From: Thermoanaerobaculia bacterium
Lineage (GTDB): Bacteria > Acidobacteriota > Thermoanaerobaculia > Multivoradales > JAGPDF01
Reading direction: 5' to 3'
NCBI GenBank assembly: GCA_963719555.1
Contig: CAVRCL010000005.1
Location: 332,969-396,968, forward strand
Length of the DNA: 64,000 nt
Within the stretch, counting starts at the first letter, position 1. Each line of letters opens with the position of its first letter. The position numbers and the translations under genes are program-made. Below, piece after piece: positions 16,019-24,289 of this stretch. The notes below the pieces were generated by a model. It searched no databases. It saw nothing but the letters and a program-made list of their open reading frames with translations, and had not been told where the DNA came from.

Positions 16019-18156
16019 CAGTTCGCGGTACTCCCCGACTCGAAGCCGTCGGCAAAGATCACGATCAGGGGTGCTTCAAACAGGGCGACGCCGACGCGGG
16101 TGGCGATGAGGATCTCGGGCACGGTATTGCCATCGAAATCGCCGACCTGAAACGAATCCGCCCAGCTGTCGACCTCTCCGATATAAGGGCTGACGTATAG
16201 GGTAAGCCCGGAGTCGCCGTCGTGCACCTCAAAGTGGTCTGCGAGAAGTGCCGCGATGTCCAGGGTCCCGTCGCGATCGAAGTCGGCGAAGCCGAAGGCC
16301 CGGACCGGACCCGAAAAGTGGGCGAGCGACGTTCCCGTCGCCCCCGTCACTGGATCGAATGGGACGATCTCGCCGTTCGACCGGCCCACCAAGAGTTGGC
16401 CGGAAGGACCGCCGGCCGGAGCGGCATTCATCGAGCGATGATCCGTGCTCCAAGGCTTGGTCGCGAGCAGGCCGGACGTGGCATCGAAAGTCCGGATCGG
16501 AGTGTCGGGGCCGTTGACCGAGCTGGCGAGAACCTCCAGGCGGGCATCCCCCAGAACATCGAGGAATCGGAGCACGTAGGTCCCTGGGTAGGAAGGCTCG
16601 ACCGGCGGCGTGCGCCACTTGAGCCAACCGCTCTCTCCTTCCAGCAAGTAAACGAACGCCTCGCCTGTACCGACGGCAACTTCCGGCAACGGGTCGCCAT
16701 CGAGCTCGCCGATCCGGAGCGTTTCGCACGAGTTCGGCAGTTGGACCCACCACTGTTCGGCGAAGTCGGCACCGTCGTAGCAGCCCGCGCCGTCGCCGGA
16801 GATGAAGCACATCTCGAGCGCCGGGTCGGCGTCCGTCTGTCCCGAGGCGATTCCTCGGATGGAGCTCAGGGAAGCGCCACCCCAATCGGGAGGTGCCGCG
16901 CGCAGCAGGCGCCCGGTCGCGAAATCGAGCACCAACGCGACGCCGCCTCGGTGGCCGGAGTCGCTGTACATCGAGGCCGTCGCCACCTCGAGGCTGCCAT
17001 CGCCGCGAAAGTCACCCAGGGCGGTGCCGAAGAAAGGCCCGTTCCAGTCCTCGGTATGAGCTTCGGGCGTAGTGGAATCGCTGCTCGCGAGGTAAAGACG
17101 CTCCTCGCCCGAGGAATACAACCCCGCCCCCCAGAGGACGTCCGGGATCCCATCGGCGTCGGTGTCGCCGACCGCGATCGTCGTCGCGCCACCGTCCGGA
17201 CTCTCGATCGCTCCCAATTCGGCGGGAGTGGCGCCGTCGAGGAGATGAATGCCGCCCGACGACCACTCTGCCCACAGGAGCTCGCTTCCGGGCTCGCTGT
17301 CGAGGTTCGCCGTCGCGAGGACGACGGCACCGAGGGTGGCCTCCCAGAGCAGACCACCGGTCTCCGGATCGCGAACGCGAACGCCACCCCACTCGTCCAC
17401 CGAGGCGACTTCGTCACGCCCGTCGGCATCGAAGTCGCCGAGACGCAGGAGGATGCCGAAGCCGCTCAAGTCGGCCCAGTCGACGATCAGCGAATCGCCA
17501 TCCAGGACGAAGCCTCCCAACGGATTTCCGCCCAGGGCGATCTCGAGCTGCGGGTCAGCGTCGGTCTGCCCGACCGCCAGGTTCGTGCAACCGAACCCGT
17601 ACCTGGTCCGCACCGTCCCCAGGAGCAGCTCATAGACGTAGAGATCGGTCGCATCGCACAGCGCCGCGTCGAGGATGCCGTCGCCGTCGACGTCGCCGAC
17701 CGCCAGGGCCGCGTTGTCGAGCGAGACCGTCGGAAACGACGCCAGCTCGCGCCGGGTCGCTCCGTCGTAGACCGTCAGCGACGAATGGCCGGCGGCGACG
17801 ATCCGGTTCGTGCCGGCCTCGATGCCGCTCGCGACGCCGACGAGCCCATCCTTGCGGGGAAGGGAGCTGTAGGTCTGTACGAGCTCTCCATCACGGTGCT
17901 CGAGCAGGTACCAGTAGCCGTCGAGGTCTCCGGGGTCCGCTGCGACGAGAATCTCCGCCCGGCCATTCGCGTCGAGATCGACGATTTCGAAGCCCTTCAG
18001 GCCGGGGCTGTTTCCCCCGACGGACCACGCCCATTCGAGATGAAACTCCGTATCCATACCGGTGGAAAGCGCGCCAACGGGGCTCAGCCCGGCCAGGAGC
18101 ACGGAGGCCACGGCGATCCCTTTCCAACGGAAATCAAACAGACGCTTGCAGAACAT
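16015..18156 (-). CDS. Secreted FG-GAP/VCBS-repeat beta-propeller protein, paralog 2
   Basis: ATG 18156 gives MFCKRLFDFRWKGIAVASVLLAGLSPVGALS. The 272-aa upstream extension in the ORF track is Arg-rich junk overlapping paralog 3. Long identical runs with paralog 1 (RIVAAGHSSLTVYDGATRRELASFPTVSL). Tail PLIVIFADGFESGSTANW. Confidence 0.8.
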   Translation of the reverse strand: MFCKRLFDFRWKGIAVASVLLAGLSPVGALSTGMDTEFHLEWAWSVGGNSPGLKGFEIVDLDANGRAEILVAADPGDLDGYWYLLEHRDGELVQTYSSLPRKDGLVGVASGIEAGTNRIVAAGHSSLTVYDGATRRELASFPTVSLDNAALAVGDVDGDGILDAALCDATDLYVYELLLGTVRTRYGFGCTNLAVGQTDADPQLEIALGGNPLGGFVLDGDSLIVDWADLSGFGILLRLGDFDADGRDEVASVDEWGGVRVRDPETGGLLWEATLGAVVLATANLDSEPGSELLWAEWSSGGIHLLDGATPAELGAIESPDGGATTIAVGDTDADGIPDVLWGAGLYSSGEERLYLASSDSTTPEAHTEDWNGPFFGTALGDFRGDGSLEVATASMYSDSGHRGGVALVLDFATGRLLRAAPPDWGGASLSSIRGIASGQTDADPALEMCFISGDGAGCYDGADFAEQWWVQLPNSCETLRIGELDGDPLPEVAVGTGEAFVYLLEGESGWLKWRTPPVEPSYPGTYVLRFLDVLGDARLEVLASSVNGPDTPIRTFDATSGLLATKPWSTDHRSMNAAPAGGPSGQLLVGRSNGEIVPFDPVTGATGTSLAHFSGPVRAFGFADFDRDGTLDIAALLADHFEVHDGDSGLTLYVSPYIGEVDSWADSFQVGDFDGNTVPEILIATRVGVALFEAPLIVIFADGFESGSTANW

Positions 18157-18182
18157 GCCGGGACCGCTCCTGTTCGCGCACT

Positions 18183-20327
18183 TCACCAGTTCGACGTGTC
18201 GCCCGACTCGAAGCCGTCGGCGAAGAGAGCGAAGAGCGGGCCTTCGAAGAGGGCGAAGCCGTAGTAGGTCCCGACGAGAAGCTCTGGGACGCTGTCGCCG
18301 TCGAAGTCGCCGACGAGGAGTGGCCCTTTGGGGTCGTTCAACTCGCCGAGATAGGGACTCGTCCACATCGTCAGCCCGGTCGCACCATTGCGGATCTCCA
18401 GTCGCTGCGGCATCAGGGCGGCGAGATCGAGCGTGCCGTCGCGGTCGAAGTCGGTGAAGGCAAGAGCTTCGACGGCTTCCGGAAAGACGGAGATGGCGGA
18501 GCCCTCGGTGCCGGACAGGGGCTCGAACGGCAGCACCGTGCCGTCTTCTCGCCCGAGGACGAGAGATTGCGGAGGAACGGGGTCTGGACCCGACGACATC
18601 GAGCGAAGAGAAGTGGCCCATGGCCCGGCCGAGAGGGCTCCAGTGTCGCCGGCGAAGGTCGTCAGTCCACCGTCGCCCCAGGACGAGCCAGCGACCACCG
18701 AGGGATGAGCGTTGCCGAGATCGAGAGTCGCGATCCGGTCGAAGCCAGGGTAGACGACGTCGAGCTCGGGCGACCGCCACTTCTGCCAGCCGCTCTCGCC
18801 CTCGAGTGCGTGGACGTGGCGCCCGTCCGTGGCGACGAGGACCTCTGCGGCAACGTCGCCGTCCAGATCGCCCGCCATGACTGCACGAGGAGTGCGCGGC
18901 AGAAGCAGCCGCCATTGTTCGGCGAAGCTCGCGCCGTCGAAACAGCCGAGAGACTCTCCGCCAATCAGGCAATACTCGAGCTGGGCGTCGCCGTCGAGCT
19001 GCGCAGCGGCGAAGCCCTGGACTTCCGTCCAGCCGCTGCCGGGGAAGTCCTGGGCGGCGGACCGGCGCAGCCGTCCGTTCGCGAGGTCCAGCACGAAGGC
19101 GATGCCACCGCCGAAGTAGTCACTGCTGCGCGAGGCCCCGGCCAGCTCGCGGCTGCCGTCGCCCAGAAAGTCCCCGATGGCTGCGGCAGCGCAGTGTCCA
19201 CTCCAATCCAGCGATCGCGCCGTGACCGCCAGCGAGTCGCTGCTTGCGACGAACAGATGCAGTCCGTCGGCCGCCATCTCCGCCGATCCCCAAGCGATAT
19301 CGAGGACGCCATCTTGATCGGTGTCGCCGATCGCGAGCGCGGTGGCCCCGCGGGTCGGGTTGGGGATCTGCCGGATTTCCTGGGCGGTGGCGCCATCGAG
19401 GACGTGAACCGAGCCCGCTTGCGAGTCAATCCAGACCAGCTCCGCGCCAGGTTCGCCGTCGAGGTTGGCGCCGGCCAAGGCATCGACGGCGACACCCGGC
19501 GTCTCCCATAGCTGGGTTCCGCTCTCCGGGTCCAGAACGCGCAGGCCGGCGGTGTAGGTAGGCGCAGCCGCAACCTCGTCCCGGCCGTCGCCATCGAAAT
19601 CCGCGAGGTCGACATGCTCGCCGAAACCCCGCAGATCAGCCCATTCGACATCCAGGCTCCAGCCGTCGAGGACGAATCCGCCGGCCGTGTTCCCGGCGAG
19701 GGCGATCTCCAGCTGGAGGTCGCCGTCGGTCTGTCCCAGCGCAACGTCGCGACAGCCGAATCCGTAGCGGATCCGAGCCGAACCGGTGAGCAGCTCGTAG
19801 ACGTAGAGGTTGCTCTCGTCGCAGATGACGGCATCGAGAATCCCGTTGCCGTCGAGGTCGCCCGCGGCCACGGCGAGGTTCAAGATCGAGATCGTCGGAA
19901 AGGTCGCGAGCTCGCGCTTGCTGGCGCCGTCGTAGAGCGACACGGTTCTTCGGCCGACGACGACGATCCGCGGGACTCCCGCCTCGCTAGCGGCGGCGAC
20001 GCCGACGAGACCGTCCTCGCGGGGCAGCGAACTGGCTGTCTGCAGGAGCTCGCTGCCGTCGTGCTGCAGGGTGTACCAGTACCCGCCTTCGGACGACAGG
20101 CTCGCGGTAGCGAGGATCTCCGGGCGGCCAGCGCCACCCAGGTCGACGATCTCGAGCCCGCCGCCGCCGATGAGCCCGCCGCCGACGGTCCAGACCCACT
20201 GCAAGTGGAAATCGGTCAGGGACTGAGCCGCGACGGGCCTCGGCGAGTTGAAGAGAGCCGCCATCGATATCAGCGCTAGCGCGAGCAAGGGCGCGGGGCG
20301 CCGAGGGCGGGCGAGGAATGTTCTCAA
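18183..20327 (-). CDS. Secreted FG-GAP/VCBS-repeat beta-propeller protein, paralog 3 (more divergent)
   Basis: Signal peptide MRTFLARPRRPAPLLALALISMAALFNSPRPVAAQS. Same repeat architecture as paralogs 1 and 2. Tail PLFALFADGFESGDTSNW. 26-nt gap to paralog 2. Confidence 0.8.
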   Translation of the reverse strand: MRTFLARPRRPAPLLALALISMAALFNSPRPVAAQSLTDFHLQWVWTVGGGLIGGGGLEIVDLGGAGRPEILATASLSSEGGYWYTLQHDGSELLQTASSLPREDGLVGVAAASEAGVPRIVVVGRRTVSLYDGASKRELATFPTISILNLAVAAGDLDGNGILDAVICDESNLYVYELLTGSARIRYGFGCRDVALGQTDGDLQLEIALAGNTAGGFVLDGWSLDVEWADLRGFGEHVDLADFDGDGRDEVAAAPTYTAGLRVLDPESGTQLWETPGVAVDALAGANLDGEPGAELVWIDSQAGSVHVLDGATAQEIRQIPNPTRGATALAIGDTDQDGVLDIAWGSAEMAADGLHLFVASSDSLAVTARSLDWSGHCAAAAIGDFLGDGSRELAGASRSSDYFGGGIAFVLDLANGRLRRSAAQDFPGSGWTEVQGFAAAQLDGDAQLEYCLIGGESLGCFDGASFAEQWRLLLPRTPRAVMAGDLDGDVAAEVLVATDGRHVHALEGESGWQKWRSPELDVVYPGFDRIATLDLGNAHPSVVAGSSWGDGGLTTFAGDTGALSAGPWATSLRSMSSGPDPVPPQSLVLGREDGTVLPFEPLSGTEGSAISVFPEAVEALAFTDFDRDGTLDLAALMPQRLEIRNGATGLTMWTSPYLGELNDPKGPLLVGDFDGDSVPELLVGTYYGFALFEGPLFALFADGFESGDTSNW

Positions 20328-20560
20328 GGGCAGGTTCTTTCCAGGACCGTGTGGTCAGGAAGACAACTGGCTCATTGTCCTCCAGTCAGCGGCTCGGCAC
20401 AAGGTCACTAAACACCTAGCCAGCGATGCGCGGCGAGCGCGCAGCCGTGCACCCCGTTCGCTTCGTCGGCGGTCGAGATGTCGCCCTGCCCTGGGAACTG
20501 ATGACCGCGGGGCGAGGACAAGAGACGAAGGCGTACAACCCAGCGGCGCGGCTCAAGCCG

Positions 20561-20609
20561 CGCTGGCTAGCGCGGCGTCGAGAGCACCCCGCGCCGGCTA
20601 GCGCGGCGT
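20561..20609. repeat. 18-bp direct repeat (1 mismatch) echoing the 3' end of the small gene 20598..20918
   Basis: cgctggctagcgcggcgt at 20561-20578 and cgccggctagcgcggcgt at 20592-20609. The second copy contains the stop codon (cta at 20598-20600) and the last codons of the minus-strand gene. Confidence 0.8.
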
Positions 20610-20918
20610 GGTCATCAGCCCGCGCAGGCGCTGGGCGCGGTCGTAGAACGGCTTGCCGGCGGCCCAGCCGAGGCATTGGTTGAGAAGGCCGGCGTAGACC
20701 AGGAGGAAGGGGACGAGGGCGGCGTGGAGCTCGCCGTGGGCGCGGACGCCCTGCTCGAGGGCCTCCTTGGCGAGGAGCTGCGCCTCGACGAGCTCGCCCT
20801 GGGCGCGGCGCTCCTGGGCGCGCACGAGGAGGAGCTCGGCGCGCACGGGGTCGGCCTTGCGGTCGCGGGATTCGGGGGGTGCTGCCGGCTTCGCGGTGCG
20901 AGTCAGGAACCAGTCCAT
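20598..20918 (-). CDS. Small hypothetical helical protein (106 aa), first gene of the FG-GAP strand block
   Basis: ATG 20918 is preceded by gaggag. Sequence MDWFLTRTAKPAAPPES...ELLLVRAQERRAQGELVEAQLLAKEALEQG. No family recognised. Confidence 0.5.
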   Translation of the reverse strand: MDWFLTRTAKPAAPPESRDRKADPVRAELLLVRAQERRAQGELVEAQLLAKEALEQGVRAHGELHAALVPFLLVYAGLLNQCLGWAAGKPFYDRAQRLRGLMTTPR

Positions 20919-21100
20919 GGTCGATCTCCTCTGCAGGTTGGAGAGAGTCTGGAGCCAGGCCGGGCGGCGCCACAGGAGCGCCGGTGAGGTGCGGAGCCTC
21001 ACCTTGGTGAGGGGGGTCTCACGGCGCACGGGCAGGGTTGGACCCCCTGCGCGCGGTGCCGATTCGGCCGGGCATCGGCCGTGCTAGAAAGGTCCCCGCC

Positions 21101-22420
21101 ATGCGCAACGCTCGCTCTCCTCTGCCGCTCGCCCTCCTTTTCCTCGTCGCCGGCCTGCCGGCGACTGCTTCCGCCCAGACGACCTCTGTGCGCCGGACGC
21201 CGGTCGTCGCGGTCGTCGAACGGGTCTCGCCTTCGGTGGTCAACATCTCCGCCGAGTCGATCGTGCGTGAAGTCGATCCGTTCTTCGGCAATTTCTTCGG
21301 CGGCAGCCGGGCGCGCAAGAGCCAGTCCCTCGGTTCCGGGTTGATCGTCGATCCTGCGGGGCTGGTGGTGACCAACGAGCACGTCATCGAAGGGGCCTCG
21401 CGGATCCTCATCACCCTGCGCGACGGCCGCGAGCTCGAGGCGACGGTGCTGGGGTCCGATCGCGATGCCGACCTCGCGGTGCTCAAGGTGGCGGCCAAGG
21501 GGCTGCCGGCGACACCGCTCGGCAAGAGCGCCAATCTGCTGATGGGCGAGACCGTGGTGGCGATCGGCAACCCGTTCGGTCTCACCCACACGGTGACGAC
21601 CGGAGTCCTCTCGGCGCGCGGACGCACCGTCGGCGGGGGCGGCGGCGGCAGCGGCCAACGGGCGTTGTTCACCGACTTCCTGCAGACCGATGCCTCGATC
21701 AACCCGGGGAACTCCGGCGGCCCGCTGGTCAACCTCGACGGCCAGGTGATCGGCATCAACACCGCCATCATCCAGGGCGCCTCGGGAATCGGCTTCGCCA
21801 TTCCGGCCGACCGGGCGCAGCGCGTCGTCGACGACCTGCTGCGCTTCGGCGAGCTGCAGCCCATCTGGCTCGGCATGCGCCTGGTGACGATCGATCCCGA
21901 GCTCGCGGCGCGCGAGGGCTACCCGGTGGCGCACGGCGTGCTCGTCGACCGCGTCGACGACGGCTCACCGGCGGCGCGGGCCGGGATCGCCGCCGGGGAC
22001 CTGCTCACCGCGGTCGACAGCCGGCCGGTCAACTCACGCGAGGATCTTTCGACGGCCTACTACTCGGTGCCGCCGGGGACCCCGCTGCTCATGGAGCTCA
22101 GGCGCGGCAAGGAGACGCTCAAGTTCGCGGTGGCGGCGATCCGGCCGCCGGTGGGCATGGGATTGCGCATTCTGGAGCGCTCCGTCGGCCTGCGCGTCGA
22201 GCTCCAGCGCGGGCGCCTGGTCGTGGTCGGCGTGGCGCGGGGTTCGGCGGCCTTCGACCGCGGCCTCGATACGGGAGATGTCGTCCTGGGCGCGAACGGC
22301 AACGAGGTCGCCGATGCGGAGGCGCTCGGGCGCGAAGTGCTGCGCGGTTTCGATCGCGGTGGCCTGCTGCTCGTCGTCCAGCGCGGCCGTTTCGCCTACA
22401 ACCTGAGCTTCCCGCTGTAG
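21101..22420 (+). CDS. htrA: HtrA/DegP-family periplasmic serine protease with two PDZ domains
   Basis: Signal peptide MRNARSPLPLALLFLVAGLPATASAQ. Catalytic triad contexts TNEHVI, DLAVLKV and GNSGGPLVN. Two PDZ-like regions follow. Confidence 0.92.
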   Translation: MRNARSPLPLALLFLVAGLPATASAQTTSVRRTPVVAVVERVSPSVVNISAESIVREVDPFFGNFFGGSRARKSQSLGSGLIVDPAGLVVTNEHVIEGASRILITLRDGRELEATVLGSDRDADLAVLKVAAKGLPATPLGKSANLLMGETVVAIGNPFGLTHTVTTGVLSARGRTVGGGGGGSGQRALFTDFLQTDASINPGNSGGPLVNLDGQVIGINTAIIQGASGIGFAIPADRAQRVVDDLLRFGELQPIWLGMRLVTIDPELAAREGYPVAHGVLVDRVDDGSPAARAGIAAGDLLTAVDSRPVNSREDLSTAYYSVPPGTPLLMELRRGKETLKFAVAAIRPPVGMGLRILERSVGLRVELQRGRLVVVGVARGSAAFDRGLDTGDVVLGANGNEVADAEALGREVLRGFDRGGLLLVVQRGRFAYNLSFPL

Positions 22421-22447
22421 GAGCGCCTCTCCGACGGCGTCATGCAG

Positions 22448-22843
22448 TCAGCTTTCCAGGCAATGCTCCTGGAAGAAGACGGCGATTTCGGCTTTCGAGC
22501 GCACTCCCTGCGCCACTCCCAGGACGAGCGCCATCAGCGCGTCGTCGTCGACCTCGAGCTCGAAGCCGTTCAGGCCGAGAAAGGCCAGCGCCGAAGCCAG
22601 CCCGATCCGCTTGTTGCCGTCCAGAAACGGGTGATTCTGGGTGAGGTGAAAGAGATAGGCGGCTGCCATCTCTTGCAGCGTCGCGTGGAGGAATCTGCCG
22701 CCGAAGCTTGCTTGCGGCATGGCGAGCGCCGACGAGAGTAGGCCGGGATCGCGGAGACCGGGCGTGCCGCCGTAACGTGCGATCTGATCGGCGTGCAGCG
22801 CCAGAACCTCCTCGAGGGTGAGGAAGACCGGTTCGCGGTTCAC
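22448..22843 (-). CDS. doc: Doc (death-on-curing) Fic-family toxin
   Basis: 131 aa containing HPFLDGNKRIGLASALAFL, the Doc variant of the Fic motif. Sits 5 nt downstream of an AbrB-type antitoxin gene. Confidence 0.9.
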   Translation of the reverse strand: MNREPVFLTLEEVLALHADQIARYGGTPGLRDPGLLSSALAMPQASFGGRFLHATLQEMAAAYLFHLTQNHPFLDGNKRIGLASALAFLGLNGFELEVDDDALMALVLGVAQGVRSKAEIAVFFQEHCLES

Positions 22844-22848
22844 CGGGC

Positions 22849-23076
22849 CTACTCGGCAAGGCGGCGAAAGACGCCGGCGTAGCGCGCGTGCATTCGGTCG
22901 ACGACTCGCCGAAGTTTCTGATTTCGTTTCGCCGGGCGCTGCGGCGAGATCACGATGACGTCGCCGTCGGTCGAGATCTCGAGCGGTGTGGTGGCGTCGA
23001 TGCCGGTCGCCTCGAGCAGCGGGCGGTCGAGAACCACTGCCAGGCTATTTCCGGTCTTGGTGAGCGTCTTGACCAT
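22849..23076 (-). CDS. AbrB/MazE/SpoVT-type antitoxin (Phd-like partner of Doc)
   Basis: ATG 23076 with SD ggagg. Sequence MVKTLTKTGNSLAVVLDRPLLEATGIDATTPLEISTDGDVIVISP, a swapped-hairpin SpoVT/AbrB-like motif. The 192-aa ORF-track extension is rejected. Confidence 0.75.
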   Translation of the reverse strand: MVKTLTKTGNSLAVVLDRPLLEATGIDATTPLEISTDGDVIVISPQRPAKRNQKLRRVVDRMHARYAGVFRRLAE

Positions 23077-23156
23077 GTCCGGCCTCCGTACGAACGGATT
23101 ATCGCACGCGTACGTACTGCAGACTAGGGTCAGTCCAGCCAGCGCTTGCGAGTGCG

Positions 23157-23459
23157 CTAGTCGAGGTCGAACGGGCGCTTCGGGGGGCCGGTGTCGGGGT
23201 CTTCGTGGGCGCGCTTCAGGGCCTCGTTGAACTTCTCGCCGAGCAGGCGCTCGCGGTCGCCCAGCGCCGCCTTTTCGCGCTCGAAGAGCTCTTCGGCGCG
23301 GGCCTTGCCGGCGTCGAGGCCGGCGAGGAGGGAGTCGAAGTCCTTGCCGCCGGCGAGCGGCTCCTTGGGCTTCTTGTGCGCGAGGATCGTCCCGGTGGCG
23401 GCATCCACCACCATTTCGACCGCGCACTCGGGGCAGCGCACGGTAAGCTTGCGGGTCAC
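23157..23459 (-). CDS. Small hypothetical protein with one CxxC knuckle and a charged helical tail
   Basis: VTRKLTVRCPECAVEMVVDAATGTILAH..., then a coiled-coil-like KARAEELFEREKAALGDRERLLGEKFNEALKRA. Start uncertain (GTG 23459 or 23489). Divergent from wzm. Confidence 0.45.
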   Translation of the reverse strand: MTRKLTVRCPECAVEMVVDAATGTILAHKKPKEPLAGGKDFDSLLAGLDAGKARAEELFEREKAALGDRERLLGEKFNEALKRAHEDPDTGPPKRPFDLD

Positions 23460-23479
23460 GGACACGAGGAACAGTCTAC

Positions 23480-24289
23480 TTGACCTCATCGATCGACATC
23501 GCCAGCCGGGTTTTCCGCCACCGGGGCCTCCTCGCCGCGCTGACCCTGCGCGAGCTCAAGGCGCGCTACCGTGGGTCGATCCTAGGCTTCTTCTGGTCGC
23601 TGGTGCAGCCGCTTCTGCTCCTCGCTGTCTACACTTTCGTCTTCAGCGTCGTCTTCCAGCCGCGCGCGGCGGGAGCCGAACCTTACGCCCTGTTCCTGGT
23701 CTGCGGCCTCTTCCCGTGGATCTGGCTGTCGACCGCACTCGTCGAGGGTACGACCTCGCTGGTGGCCTCCGCCGGCCTCATCCGCCGCGCCGTCTTCCCG
23801 GCCGAGCTCCTGCCGCTCGTCCCGGTGCTCGCCAACCTCGTGCATCTGGTGCTGGCGGTGCCGGTTCTCGCGGTGGGCCTCGCCCTCGGCCGCTGGCAGG
23901 GCTTCGCGGTCGGCGGGCCGGGAGCGCTGGCGCTGCCCGCCATCGTCGCCCTCGAGCTGCCGCTCATCGCCGGCCTGGCGCTCGCTCTCGCGGCGCTCCA
24001 CGCCCACTTCAAGGACGTCAAGGACCTGCTGACCAGCGCGTTGACGCTGCTCTTCTTTCTCACCCCGGTGCTCTTCCCGCTCTCGGCGATCGGCATTCCC
24101 GCTCTGCGGTACCTGGTGCGGCTCAATCCGGTGACGCCGTTCATGCTCGCCTATCAGGACGCGCTGTTCGCCGGGCGTTTTCCGCCGCTGGCGCTGTGGC
24201 TCGAGATGGCCGCCGTCGCCCTCGTCGCCTGGGTCGTCGGCTGCTGGATCTTCGATCGCCTGCGCGAAACCCTGGTGGAGGCGCTGTGA
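23480..24289 (+). CDS. wzm: ABC-2 type polysaccharide/O-antigen export permease (Wzm/TagG-like)
   Basis: LTLRELKARYRGSILGFFWSLVQPLLLLAVY followed by six hydrophobic segments. TTG start with gagga upstream. GTGA overlap with wzt. Confidence 0.85.
   Translation: MTSSIDIASRVFRHRGLLAALTLRELKARYRGSILGFFWSLVQPLLLLAVYTFVFSVVFQPRAAGAEPYALFLVCGLFPWIWLSTALVEGTTSLVASAGLIRRAVFPAELLPLVPVLANLVHLVLAVPVLAVGLALGRWQGFAVGGPGALALPAIVALELPLIAGLALALAALHAHFKDVKDLLTSALTLLFFLTPVLFPLSAIGIPALRYLVRLNPVTPFMLAYQDALFAGRFPPLALWLEMAAVALVAWVVGCWIFDRLRETLVEAL

Noticed and set aside
14012-20279. Plus-strand ORFs of 250, 241, 680, 314 and 221 aa antisense to the three FG-GAP genes, and the 272-aa N-terminal extension of ORF 16015..18972.
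   Set aside because: They are Arg/Gly/Glu-rich with no signal peptide or repeats. The minus-strand frames show signal peptides, FG-GAP repeats and mutual paralogy. The extension overlaps paralog 3 and is Arg-rich junk upstream of a good ATG plus signal peptide at 18156.
20328-20597. The 270-bp leader upstream of FG-GAP paralog 3 as a possible riboswitch or small RNA.
   Set aside because: Apart from the 18-bp echo repeat I could see no conserved-looking structure or known riboswitch core. I cannot evaluate this further without covariance models.
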